Translations under genes and position numbers: made by a program | Part shown: positions 1 through 9,257 of the stretch, one piece after another | How the letters are laid out: every line of letters starts with the position of its first letter | How positions within the stretch are numbered: position 1 is the stretch's first letter | The notes under the pieces: generated by a model | What the model was told of the DNA's origin: nothing | Databases searched by the model: none | What the model saw: only the letters and a program-made list of their open reading frames with translations | From: an uncultured Clostridia bacterium | GTDB lineage: Bacteria; Bacillota; Clostridia; TANB77; CAG-508 | DNA length: 64,000 nucleotides | Direction of reading: 5' to 3' | Assembly: GCA_934149275.1 (NCBI GenBank) | Contig: CAKPEG010000004.1 | Span: 1,806-65,805, forward strand

Positions 1-61
1 TTGGTAGAGCGCTCGGCTGTTAACCGATAGGTCGTTGGTTCGAGTCCAACAAGAGGAGCCA
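1..61 (+). tRNA. tRNA-Asn (anticodon GTT), 5' part cut by window edge
   Basis: D-arm remnant TTGGTAGAGC, anticodon loop CTGTTAA, T-arm GGTTCGAGTCCAAC, and an acceptor 3' strand ending in encoded CCA at 59-61. Confidence 0.85.
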
Positions 62-63
62 TG

Positions 64-98
64 AGAGATAATCACTTTATGTGATTATCTCTTTTTTT
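64..98 (+). terminator. intrinsic terminator after tRNA
   Basis: 12-bp stem AGAGATAATCAC / GTGATTATCTCT followed by a T-run. Confidence 0.8.
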
Positions 99-212
99 GC
101 ATTATAACAAACAGAATAACTTTTTGATATACATTAAATATTGAAAAAAAGCTAATATATATGATATTATAATCAAGAAAAAAATTTAAAATAAAAATTT
201 AGGAGATATAAA

Positions 213-536
213 ATGAAAGATATAACATTAAAGCAATTGCAAAAATCAATAAAGAAAATAGATACATTACCTATTGGAGATAGTAAACCAGAAGAAAGAT
301 ATTTTATAAAATTGGTAGAAGAAGTTGGAGAACTAGGAGAGTGCATTCGAAAAGACTTCAGAATGAAGGATAATAGCATAAAAGGAACAGTAGAAGAAGA
401 ACTATATGATGTTTTATATTATGTGGCATGTTTAGCAAATACATATGATATAGACCTCCAAAATTCGATAGTTTTAAAAGAAGAATTAAATGCTAAAAAA
501 TATCATAGAGACAGTATTTGCAAAGATTTTGAGTAG
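213..536 (+). CDS. MazG-family nucleotide pyrophosphohydrolase domain protein
   Basis: 107 aa. Shows the small all-alpha MazG pattern (FIKLVEEVGELGECIRK ... EELYDVLYYVACLAN). An AGGAG RBS lies upstream. Confidence 0.75.
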   Translation: MKDITLKQLQKSIKKIDTLPIGDSKPEERYFIKLVEEVGELGECIRKDFRMKDNSIKGTVEEELYDVLYYVACLANTYDIDLQNSIVLKEELNAKKYHRDSICKDFE

Positions 537-576
537 ATTAATGAAATAGCAAAAGAAAAAATAGGAGGAACAATAT

Positions 577-1704
577 ATGTCAAATGTATGTGAATATGTT
601 AAATGGAGAGGAGATTTAACATTAAAGCAATCAAAGTTTAATGAAATAGATGCATTAATATTAACCAGATTATCATATTTCCCTTTTGATCAATTAATAC
701 AACCAAATGAAGAAGCCACAATTGAAGAGTTAAGCAAAAGATTTGAAAAAGCAGATAAAAGTACAATGAAAATTTTGTGGGAAGATGATAATGAGTTATT
801 TCCTCTTATGGGAAAATCTAAAAGATTTGGAAAAATGATTGTAACTCAATATGTTAATAAAATTAATGCAGAACAAGAAAAACAGTTCTCAGCAACTACT
901 GTTATTTTACCTGATAATACAATATTTGTAACATACAGAGGAACAGATGCTACAATTGTAGGATGGAAAGAAGATTTTAATATGTGCTTCAAAAGCCATA
1001 TTGCTTCTCAAAAAGACGCAGTTGAATATTTAAATATGGTTTCAAAAAAATATAAAAGGCTAATAAGAATAGGCGGTCATTCTAAGGGGGGAAATTTGGC
1101 TGTTTATGCAGCGATGTTCACAAATTCAAAAGTAAAAAAAAGAATTATAAATATTTATAATAATGATGGACCAGGTTTTGATGATGAAATTATAAAAACT
1201 AAAGAATATAAAGAAATACTACCTAAAGTACATACATATATTCCACAGTCATCTGTAATTGGACGACTATTGAATCATGAAGAAAAGTATACTGTAGTTC
1301 AAAGTATCCAAAAGGGAATAATGCAACATGATTTATATAGTTGGCAATTAGAAGGAAAAGAATTTATTTGCTTAGAAAAAGTTACAAACGGAAGTGAAAT
1401 CTTTGATAAGACATTAAAAGAATGGCTTATAAATATTACTCCCGAGCAAAGAGGGATAGTAATAGACACAGCTTTTGATATATTAAATACTACAGAGGTA
1501 GAATACTTTTCAGAATTAAAAAAGAATTGGTTTTTGAATATTAGATTAATGCTAGGAAGATATAAAAATCTAGATGATGAAAGTAAAAAAGTAATTTCAG
1601 AAATTGTACAAAAGCTAGTATCTACAGTAAAAAATATAATTTCAAACGAGATGACAAGCTTTAGAAAAAGCAAAAAAGAAAACGAAAATCATGAACAAAA
1701 TTAA
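577..1704 (+). CDS. DUF2974 / Mbeg1-like alpha/beta-hydrolase (lipase-like) protein
   Basis: N-terminus YVKWRGDLTLKQSKFNEIDALILTRLSY is typical of DUF2974. Nucleophile-elbow motif GHSKGG is present. Confidence 0.7.
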   Translation: MSNVCEYVKWRGDLTLKQSKFNEIDALILTRLSYFPFDQLIQPNEEATIEELSKRFEKADKSTMKILWEDDNELFPLMGKSKRFGKMIVTQYVNKINAEQEKQFSATTVILPDNTIFVTYRGTDATIVGWKEDFNMCFKSHIASQKDAVEYLNMVSKKYKRLIRIGGHSKGGNLAVYAAMFTNSKVKKRIINIYNNDGPGFDDEIIKTKEYKEILPKVHTYIPQSSVIGRLLNHEEKYTVVQSIQKGIMQHDLYSWQLEGKEFICLEKVTNGSEIFDKTLKEWLINITPEQRGIVIDTAFDILNTTEVEYFSELKKNWFLNIRLMLGRYKNLDDESKKVISEIVQKLVSTVKNIISNEMTSFRKSKKENENHEQN

Positions 1705-1815
1705 AGTATAAAAATGCATGAATTTGAAAAACTTGTAAAAAAAAGATATTTGTGTTAAAATAAATAACATAGTGTAACTTAAGTATACCTTATATCTTTA
1801 TGGGGGGAATGGCAT

Positions 1816-2199
1816 ATGGAATTCTATAGCTTAGACCAACTTTGGTTATGCAAAATTGCCACAGTTGAAAGAGAACGGGATATTTTAATCCTGTGTGAGG
1901 ATTGCTTAAGAACATATCTGTTAATATCTGAATTAACTGATAAATCTTCTAAAGTACTGGATTTTAGTCAGATGAAAGATAGGAAGAATCAACCAGATTA
2001 TCATAACTTATATGGTCAGGAATGCTTCAGTGGAACACAGCGGATAATGTTTACACCGAAGGACATAGGCAAAATATTTGTTATGGAGTTAAAGAAGATT
2101 CCGGAAGAATACTTTACTGAGGAAGAGAAGCAGAGCAATGAAATTTCTAAAGAAAGAATACTTGAGCTGGCAAAAAAGCTGAAGTATTTACAGTGGTAA
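1816..2199 (+). CDS. hypothetical protein (orphan, G+C-richer cassette)
   Basis: 127-aa ORF with a GGGGGA RBS and its own GC-rich terminator. Its codon usage (CTG, CAG, CGG, GAG) is atypical for the window. I recognise no family. Confidence 0.5.
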   Translation: MEFYSLDQLWLCKIATVERERDILILCEDCLRTYLLISELTDKSSKVLDFSQMKDRKNQPDYHNLYGQECFSGTQRIMFTPKDIGKIFVMELKKIPEEYFTEEEKQSNEISKERILELAKKLKYLQW

Positions 2200-2206
2200 G
2201 GAAAAA

Positions 2207-2241
2207 AGAGACCGCGTTACTTAGGTAACGTGGTCTTTTTC
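2207..2241 (+). terminator. intrinsic terminator
   Basis: Stem AGACCGCGTTAC / GTAACGTGGTCT followed by TTTTT. Confidence 0.8.
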
Positions 2242-2262
2242 AAATATTAATTATAGAAAAAA

Positions 2263-2385
2263 GAAAATATTATATTGATTTTTTAGTTCCTTGCTAAAAT
2301 ATTTTCCCACCTACTAAACTTCGTTTAGAAGGTTAGGGAAAAACTTTCAAACTGCGCGTCACTCAAAAATCAATATAATATTTTC
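2263..2385 (-). repeat. Family-A palindromic MITE-like repeat, copy A1 (core inverted relative to the other copies)
   Basis: ~22-bp terminal inverted repeats GAAAATATTATATTGATTTTT. The core is the reverse complement of the core at 14852, 22846, 49040 and 54140. Confidence 0.9.
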
Positions 2386-2425
2386 TTAACAATTTTTAAA
2401 ATTTAATTATTAATATGTAAGTTCA

Positions 2426-2962
2426 TTATTTATCTTTTTTATCATTATCATCAGAAAGAAAAAATCTTTCAACATATAATTTATGTGCAAATGATAAAAC
2501 AACACTTTTTAATAGTTTATGTTCAATAGAAATTGATGAAGTAATTTCATATTCGGTACCGTTAAAAACAGCCATAACAGCATTTTCAAGTTCCATACAA
2601 AATTGATCATAAGCTACAACCAAATCACTAATCTTTCCTGCAAAAGAAATTAATTGTGAAATATTATTTATACTATATACTTGTTTTAATGTACAAATAA
2701 CAAAAAGATAAGCGATATGTTCACGACTATATTTCTTTTTAGTTGGTGCTGGAATAACTTGTTGTTTAACGTAATTATTAATCATTGTTTTAGTTATAAC
2801 AGGATTTTCCTCAGAACTAATATATGGATTTAAATATGTATCTAAATAAGTTACAAGTTGATCCAAATAAATATCTATAGCAGGAAATTCACTCCATCTT
2901 GGAATATGAAATTCATTTATTTTTGTTTCATTAATATTTTCTAAAATTTTCTTTTTACTCAT
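2426..2962 (-). CDS. DUF1836 domain protein
   Basis: Motifs IPRWSEFPAIDIYLDQLVTYL and TKTMINNYVKQQVIP. Start moved to the MSKKK ATG because the upstream ATG overlaps the GGAGG RBS. Confidence 0.7.
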   Translation of the reverse strand: MSKKKILENINETKINEFHIPRWSEFPAIDIYLDQLVTYLDTYLNPYISSEENPVITKTMINNYVKQQVIPAPTKKKYSREHIAYLFVICTLKQVYSINNISQLISFAGKISDLVVAYDQFCMELENAVMAVFNGTEYEITSSISIEHKLLKSVVLSFAHKLYVERFFLSDDNDKKDK

Positions 2963-3076
2963 ATATCTCACTTTCCTCCACACAATAATACCACACGGTC
3001 AGATTTTAGTCAATGGATTGACATGTTTAAGAGTATATGGTAATCTAGTAAAGAATACTAGATGGTGGAGGTATTT

Positions 3077-4786
3077 ATGGAAGATAAAAGAATGAATTTA
3101 TATAAAGCTACAGAGTTTGAAACGATAAGAGATGTAATAAGAAATGCAGTAAAAAAATATCCTGAAAATAATGCATTTATATTAAAAAATAAAAAAGATA
3201 AAGATGTAGAATATAAAAAAATAACATATAAGCAATTTGGTGAAGATATAGATAGCTTAGGAACAGAACTTGTTAATCTAGGCCTAAAAGGAAAAAGAAT
3301 TGCAATAATAGGAAAAAACAGATATGAATGGATAGTTTCATATTTGGCAACAGTAAATGGCATAGGAATAGTAGTTCCACTTGATAAAGGGTTACCAGAA
3401 GCGGAAGTTGAATCTTCTTTGATAAGAAGTAAAACAGATTGTATAATTTTTGAAGAATCATATACAGAAATGATACAAAATATTAAAAATGCAGGAAATA
3501 CAAATATAAAAGAATATATTTGTATGGATAAGCAAGAAAATTTCACATCACTAGAAGAACTTATCGAAAAAGGAAATAAATTATTAAAAGAAGGTAATAG
3601 AGAATTTCTAGATAGCCCAATAAATCCAACAGAAATGAGTATTATACTTTTCACATCTGGAACAACATCAATGTCAAAGGCGGTAATGTTATCACATAAA
3701 AACATTGCATCAAATATATATGCAATGACTAAATGTGAAGATTTGAGAAGTACAGATACAAATATCGCGTTTCTACCATTTCACCACACATTTGGATGCA
3801 CTGGAATATTAATGTTCTTGAGCTTAGGTGCAACAAACGTATTTTGTGACGGACTAAGACATATCCAAAAGAATTTAGTCGAATATGAGGTATCAACATT
3901 TGTTTGTGTACCATTATTGATTGAATCAATTTATAAAAAAATATGGCAAGAGATTGAAAAGACAAATCAAACTAAAAAAGTTAAATTTGGAATAGCTTTA
4001 AGTAAAATGTTATTAAAAATAGGAATAGATATAAGACCAAAATTATTCAAACCAATAACAAGCAAACTAGGTGGAAAAATAAGAATGATAATAAGTGGAG
4101 CATCAGGAATTGATCCTCAAGTAGCAGATGGATTTAGAGATTTTGGAATTTATGTTGCACAAGGATATGGACTAACAGAAACATCACCTGTTCTTGCAGC
4201 TGAAAACGTTAAGTATTACAAGAAAGGTTCTACTGGATTGCCAATGCCGGGTGTGGAAATAAAGATAGACAATCCAAATGAACAAGGAATTGGTGAAATA
4301 AAAGCCAAAGGTCCAAACGTAATGCTTGGATATTATGAAAATGAAGAAGAAACAAATAAAGTATTAAAAGACGGATGGTTTTATACAGGCGATTTAGGTT
4401 ATATGGATAAGGAAGGATTTTTATACATAACAGGAAGAAAGAAAAATGTTATTGTTTTGAAAAATGGAAAGAATGTTTATCCAGAAGAATTAGAAGTTCT
4501 AATAGGAAATTTACCATATGTTAAAGAAAATATGGTTTTCGGAAAAGAAAAAGACGATGATTTAGTCGTATCAGCTAAAATTGTGTATAACCAAGATTAT
4601 ATGAAAGACAATTATCCAGACAAGACACAAGAAGATATAGAAAAAATAATTTGGGAAGATATTAAAGAAATAAACAAAACAATGCCAAATTACAAACATA
4701 TAAAAAATATAATTGTAACAGATCAAGAGATGATAAAAACAACAACTGCAAAAATAAAAAGATACGAAGAGATTAAAAAATTATAG
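3077..4786 (+). CDS. AMP-dependent long-chain fatty-acid--CoA ligase family protein
   Basis: AMP-binding motif FTSGTTSMSKAV, plus GYGLTETS and TGDLGYMDKEGFLYITGRKK. Start at MEDKR, after the GGTGGAGG RBS. Confidence 0.85.
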   Translation: MEDKRMNLYKATEFETIRDVIRNAVKKYPENNAFILKNKKDKDVEYKKITYKQFGEDIDSLGTELVNLGLKGKRIAIIGKNRYEWIVSYLATVNGIGIVVPLDKGLPEAEVESSLIRSKTDCIIFEESYTEMIQNIKNAGNTNIKEYICMDKQENFTSLEELIEKGNKLLKEGNREFLDSPINPTEMSIILFTSGTTSMSKAVMLSHKNIASNIYAMTKCEDLRSTDTNIAFLPFHHTFGCTGILMFLSLGATNVFCDGLRHIQKNLVEYEVSTFVCVPLLIESIYKKIWQEIEKTNQTKKVKFGIALSKMLLKIGIDIRPKLFKPITSKLGGKIRMIISGASGIDPQVADGFRDFGIYVAQGYGLTETSPVLAAENVKYYKKGSTGLPMPGVEIKIDNPNEQGIGEIKAKGPNVMLGYYENEEETNKVLKDGWFYTGDLGYMDKEGFLYITGRKKNVIVLKNGKNVYPEELEVLIGNLPYVKENMVFGKEKDDDLVVSAKIVYNQDYMKDNYPDKTQEDIEKIIWEDIKEINKTMPNYKHIKNIIVTDQEMIKTTTAKIKRYEEIKKL

Positions 4787-4861
4787 ATTAAAAAAAATAA
4801 TGTGATATAATATTTATGTCATGTTATTTTTTTGACTTAAAATAAGAAAAAGGAGGACTAT

Positions 4862-7015
4862 ATGTCAGAAAATATAGTTAATTCAAGCAGAATAATTGTT
4901 GTCAAAAGAGACGGAAAAAAAGTTGATTTTAATAAAGCCAAAATAGCTGTAGCAATAAAAAAAGGATTTGATAGCATAAAACTAGAAAATGGCGAAAATA
5001 AATATACAGAAAAAGACATAAATATAGTTTTAAATAAAGTACTTACTAAAATTGAAAAAGAAAATCCTGAAAAAATAAAAATTGAAGAAATTCAAGATAT
5101 GATAGAATTAGCATTAAAAGAAGAAAAATATGAAGATGTATATGAATCTTTTTCAACATATAGAGAAAGAAGAAATCAATCAAGAAAATTATTTTTTGAT
5201 GAGAAAAAGCAACATAAATTTTTAAAAGCAATAGAGAACCTTGGAATGAACCATACAATGCATGATGAAGAAGTAAATGAAACATGTACAGCCATGGGAA
5301 CAATGCTTAGCTATGGTCAAACAATTTCAAACGAATTTTCGAAAGCATATTTGATAAAAAGAAAATTTGTTGATTTACATGAAAGCGGAGAATTATATAT
5401 CCATGATTTAGAATATTATCCAATGGGAACATCAACTACATGCCATATTGATTTAGACAAATTATTTAAAGATGGTTTCTCAACAGGCTATGGATTTTTA
5501 AGAGAGCCTAATAATATAATGACATATTCTATATTGTCAGCAATAGCAATTCAGGCAAATCAAAATGATCAACATGGAGGTCAAAGCATACCTCAACTTG
5601 ATTATTATTTCGCACCTGGGATAGTAAAAACTTTTAAAAAAGAATTTAAGCAAACTGTTTATGATTTCTTAGATTATTCAGATTTCGGAATATTTGCAGC
5701 AGTAAATGGGATGGAAAGAGAAATAGAAAAAATAACTACAATAAAGTTTGACATAGGAATATTTGATGCATATTGTAGAGAATCTGAACAATTAAAAAGA
5801 TTTTTTAGAATTGCATATAATAAAGCTTTGAAAAAAACTGAAAACATTGTATATCAAGCAATGGAAGCGTTTATACATAACCTAAATACGATGCGCTCAA
5901 GAGCAGGAGCAGTTTTGCCAAATTCAACTGTAAATTTAGGAACAGATACAACACCAGAAGGAAGAATGATTACAAAAAATTATTTATTAGCATTAGAAAG
6001 AGGAATTGGTAAAGAAGAAAAGCCTTTGTACCCAATAACAATTTTTAAAGTAAAAGAAGGTATTAATTATAATAAAAATGATCCAAATTATGATTTGCTT
6101 AAATTAGCATGTAAGGTGGATTCAGAAAAACAATTAATAGAATTTTCTTTCTTGGATGCAGAGTTTAATAAAAAAGGTTATATTGCCTCAGACAAAGATA
6201 GCGAAATTGCATATATGGGAAATTCAATAAGAGTATATGAAAATGTAGTAGATAAATCAAAGCCAACATCAATTGGTAGAGGAAATTTATCAACAGTAAC
6301 AATTAATTTACCACGACTAGGATTGAGATTTGGAAAAATTAGAAATGAAACTACAGATTTGAAAGCTTTTTTTGAAGAGTTAGATAATAAAATGGAAAAG
6401 GCAAAAGAAATTTTATTAGACAGATATGAATTTCAAACAGACAAAAGAGTATACAATTTTCCATTCCTAGTTGGTCAAGGCAACTGGCTAGATAGTGAAA
6501 AATTAAAACCAGCAGATAGATTAAGAAGAATAAATAAACATGGAACTTTGTCTATTGGATTTGTTGGCTTAGCAGAATGTTTAACAGCTCTTGAAGGAAA
6601 ACATCATGGAGAATCACAAGGCTCTCAAGAGATAGGATTAGAAATAGTAAGACATATGAGAGAAAAAGTGGATGAATTTACAGAAAAAAATAATTTAAAT
6701 TTTGTACTATATGAAACACATGAAAAACAAGTAATAGAATACTTTACGAGTATAGATAAATCTATTTACGGTAAATATAAAGGGATTACGGATAAAGAAG
6801 AATATACTATAGGATTTGCATTACCAGAAGATTATAATATAGGAACGGAAGATCAAATAGCTCTGGAATCAGAATATCATAAATTAACTAATGGCGGTCA
6901 TATGACTACAGTTGAGCTTAGTAGCAAAAATCAAGGAAAATTCGAAAGCTTTGAAAAAGTTGTAAAACAGATGAAAGATATGGGAATAGGTTTAGGAAAA
7001 ATTATTATAAAGTAA
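4862..7015 (+). CDS. NrdD-like (class III ribonucleotide reductase-like) protein with ATP-cone, lacking key catalytic elements
   Basis: N-terminal ATP-cone (IIVVKRDGKKVDFNKAKIAVAI). NrdD-like blocks LYIHDLEYY, NLNTMRSRAGA..NLGTD and GRGNLSTVTINLPRL. The finger-loop position reads MGNSIRV rather than MGC. The protein ends right after IGLGKIIIK with no Cys-rich or Gly-radical tail. Confidence 0.7.
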   Translation: MSENIVNSSRIIVVKRDGKKVDFNKAKIAVAIKKGFDSIKLENGENKYTEKDINIVLNKVLTKIEKENPEKIKIEEIQDMIELALKEEKYEDVYESFSTYRERRNQSRKLFFDEKKQHKFLKAIENLGMNHTMHDEEVNETCTAMGTMLSYGQTISNEFSKAYLIKRKFVDLHESGELYIHDLEYYPMGTSTTCHIDLDKLFKDGFSTGYGFLREPNNIMTYSILSAIAIQANQNDQHGGQSIPQLDYYFAPGIVKTFKKEFKQTVYDFLDYSDFGIFAAVNGMEREIEKITTIKFDIGIFDAYCRESEQLKRFFRIAYNKALKKTENIVYQAMEAFIHNLNTMRSRAGAVLPNSTVNLGTDTTPEGRMITKNYLLALERGIGKEEKPLYPITIFKVKEGINYNKNDPNYDLLKLACKVDSEKQLIEFSFLDAEFNKKGYIASDKDSEIAYMGNSIRVYENVVDKSKPTSIGRGNLSTVTINLPRLGLRFGKIRNETTDLKAFFEELDNKMEKAKEILLDRYEFQTDKRVYNFPFLVGQGNWLDSEKLKPADRLRRINKHGTLSIGFVGLAECLTALEGKHHGESQGSQEIGLEIVRHMREKVDEFTEKNNLNFVLYETHEKQVIEYFTSIDKSIYGKYKGITDKEEYTIGFALPEDYNIGTEDQIALESEYHKLTNGGHMTTVELSSKNQGKFESFEKVVKQMKDMGIGLGKIIIK

Positions 7016-7043
7016 GATAAGTGCTTTTGAAAATCATTGAAAA

Positions 7044-7083
7044 AATATCCTCAATACAGTTAAAAATATTGAGGATATTTTTT
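7044..7083 (+). terminator. intrinsic terminator
   Basis: Stem AATATCCTCAATA / TATTGAGGATATT followed by a T-run. Confidence 0.8.
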
Positions 7084-7204
7084 GCTTTAGTGATAATCTT
7101 TCAGCTAAATTATTACCTTTAAGAAATTTTTTTGAACTTCATATTGTAATATATTGAAATTTAATCTAAACATTAATTTCCAATATTATAATTAGTGCAA
7201 ATAA

Positions 7205-8101
7205 TCAGATTTTATTAGCATTTACTAATCTTTTTATATCATCAGGCAAATTAGAATGAATAAGCATTTTCTCTTTATTAATTGGGTGAACAAATGACAC
7301 TTCATAAGCATGCAATGCTTGTCTAGAAATCAAAGGACTTTGCAAGCCATACAAAGAATCACCAACAATAGGATGACCAATATATTTAGAATGAACTCTT
7401 AATTGATGTGTACGTCCAGTTTCTAATGTATATTCTACCAAAGTCATATTATTAAATCTTTCTAAAACTTTAAAATGACTAATAGCTAAATCTCCATCCT
7501 CACGAATTTCACGTTCAATAATGCTATCATTTTTTCTAGCAATTGGAGCAGAAATTGTACCATAAGCTTCGTCAAGAATACCTGAAAGAACAGCAAGATA
7601 TTTTTTCTTAAAAACATTTTGTTTCATTTGTTTTACTAAACATTCCTGAATATACTCATTTTTAGCAAAAATAACAATTCCAGAAGTGTCTGTATCCAAA
7701 CGGTTTACAGGTCTAATTTTCTTGTACAAATCTATCTTATCAAAGTGATATTTAACCGCATTTGAAAGTGAATCTTCATAATGTAAAATTGAAGGATGTA
7801 CAGGTAAGTTTGAAGGTTTATCAACAATTAATAAAAAATCATCTTCATATAATATGTTTAATTTAATATTAGAATTAGGCACTATATTTGAAGAATCTTC
7901 TTTAGAATTTTCAATTATAGTTAAAATATCATTAACTTGAATTTTATAATTTATAAATACAGGCACGTCATTTATATAAATTGAATTTGAACTTTTTAAT
8001 TTCAATATAAATCTATCAGACATATTAAATTTATTTTTCAAAATCTGTTTAATTGATTCATCAGAATTTGTAACAACATATGTTAATTTCATAAGCACCA
8101 C
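7205..8101 (-). CDS. RluA-family 23S rRNA pseudouridine synthase (RluD-like)
   Basis: S4-like N-terminus and catalytic motif NRLDTDTSGIVIFAK, plus GRTHQLRVH. Start is ambiguous: GTG at 8101 or ATG at 8092. Confidence 0.85.
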   Translation of the reverse strand: MVLMKLTYVVTNSDESIKQILKNKFNMSDRFILKLKSSNSIYINDVPVFINYKIQVNDILTIIENSKEDSSNIVPNSNIKLNILYEDDFLLIVDKPSNLPVHPSILHYEDSLSNAVKYHFDKIDLYKKIRPVNRLDTDTSGIVIFAKNEYIQECLVKQMKQNVFKKKYLAVLSGILDEAYGTISAPIARKNDSIIEREIREDGDLAISHFKVLERFNNMTLVEYTLETGRTHQLRVHSKYIGHPIVGDSLYGLQSPLISRQALHAYEVSFVHPINKEKMLIHSNLPDDIKRLVNANKI

Positions 8102-8138
8102 ACATTTCCTAAATAATAAGTATTATCATTTTATTATA

Positions 8139-8167
8139 TTGACTTTGAGAAGTCAATTTTATATAAT
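8139..8167 (+). promoter_or_regulatory. sigma-A type promoter upstream of pta
   Basis: TTGACT, 17 nt spacer, TATAAT. Confidence 0.5.
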
Positions 8168-8204
8168 CTAGACAAACCGAACTTATAAATTTAAGGAGGA
8201 TAAT

Positions 8205-9203
8205 ATGAATTTCATAGAAGAAATGAAAAAGAAGGCAAGAACCGATATAAAGACAATTGTACTTCCAGAAGCGGAAGACAAAAGAGTTCTTGAAGCAGCA
8301 AGCAAAGTTGAAAAAGAGGCATTTGCTAAAATAATATTAATAGGAAATATTGAAAAAACAAAAGAATTAGCAAAAGAAAATAATATAGACATTACAAACA
8401 TTGAAATTATTGATCCAGAAAAATCAGAAAAATATGCTGAATATGTACAAGCTTTTTATGAATTAAGAAAAGCAAAAGGAATTACAGAAGAAGATGCAAA
8501 AAAAATAATTAAAAATCCGGTATACTTTGGAATGATGATGGTAAAAAGAGAAGATGCTGACGGACTTGTGTCAGGAGCAGCTCATTCAACATCAGATACT
8601 TTAAGACCAGCACTTCAAATTCTAAAAACAGCACCAGGAACAAAACTTGTTTCAGCGTTTTTCTTAATGAACGTTCCAAATTGCGAATATGGTGAAAATG
8701 GAATTTTTGTATTTGCAGATAGCGGATTAAATGAAAATCCAGATAGTGATAAGTTAGCAGAAATTGCAGCATCATCTGCAAAAAGTTTTGAACAATTAGT
8801 TGGGAAAGAAGCAAAAGTAGGAATGCTTTCATATTCAACATATGGAAGTGCAAAATCCGAATTAACAGAAAAAGTAATCGAAGCTACAAAGTTACTTAAA
8901 GAAAGATATCCCAACATTAAATCTGATGGAGAATTGCAATTAGATGCAGCAATAATTCCTGAAATTGCAAAAAGCAAAGCACCAGAAAGTGAAGTGGCAG
9001 GACAATGTAATACATTAGTATTTCCCAATTTAGATGCTGGAAATATAGGATACAAATTAGTACAACGTTTAGCAAAAGCAGAAGCTTATGGACCTTTATG
9101 TCAAGGAATTGCAAAACCAGTAAACGATTTATCTCGTGGTTGCTCAAGTGATGATATAGTTGGAGTAGTTGCAATAACTGCAGTACAAGGACAAACAAAA
9201 TAA
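8205..9203 (+). CDS. pta: phosphate acetyltransferase
   Basis: 332 aa. Typical Pta sequence (IVLPEAEDKRVLEAA, GLVSGAAHSTSDTLRPALQI, NDLSRGCS). Confidence 0.92.
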   Translation: MNFIEEMKKKARTDIKTIVLPEAEDKRVLEAASKVEKEAFAKIILIGNIEKTKELAKENNIDITNIEIIDPEKSEKYAEYVQAFYELRKAKGITEEDAKKIIKNPVYFGMMMVKREDADGLVSGAAHSTSDTLRPALQILKTAPGTKLVSAFFLMNVPNCEYGENGIFVFADSGLNENPDSDKLAEIAASSAKSFEQLVGKEAKVGMLSYSTYGSAKSELTEKVIEATKLLKERYPNIKSDGELQLDAAIIPEIAKSKAPESEVAGQCNTLVFPNLDAGNIGYKLVQRLAKAEAYGPLCQGIAKPVNDLSRGCSSDDIVGVVAITAVQGQTK

Positions 9204-9257
9204 AAAGTAGGAGCTGAAAAATGCTCACACAAAGATAAAAAGAAAGGAAAGAATAAA

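Noticed and set aside
2247-2393. Family-A repeats considered as integron attC sites flanking gene cassettes
   Set aside because: There is no intI gene, no GTTRRRY / RYYYAAC core sites at the element ends, and the copies also occur between core housekeeping genes such as spoVS and gpr.
3058-3705. Long antisense ORFs from the six-frame track (3058-3705, 8615-9055, 18023-18577, 40863-41291, 49364-49822, 52717-53100 and many shorter ones)
   Set aside because: Each lies fully opposite or out of frame within a well-supported conserved gene. They have low-complexity F/I/L/S-rich translations typical of AT-rich antisense frames, and none has a convincing RBS.
4787-4861. A possible NrdR box or cobalamin riboswitch upstream of the NrdD-like gene
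   Set aside because: The 75-bp spacer is too short for a B12 element. The ATGTGATATAATATTTATGTCAT segment does not match the NrdR-box palindrome as I recall it well enough to call.
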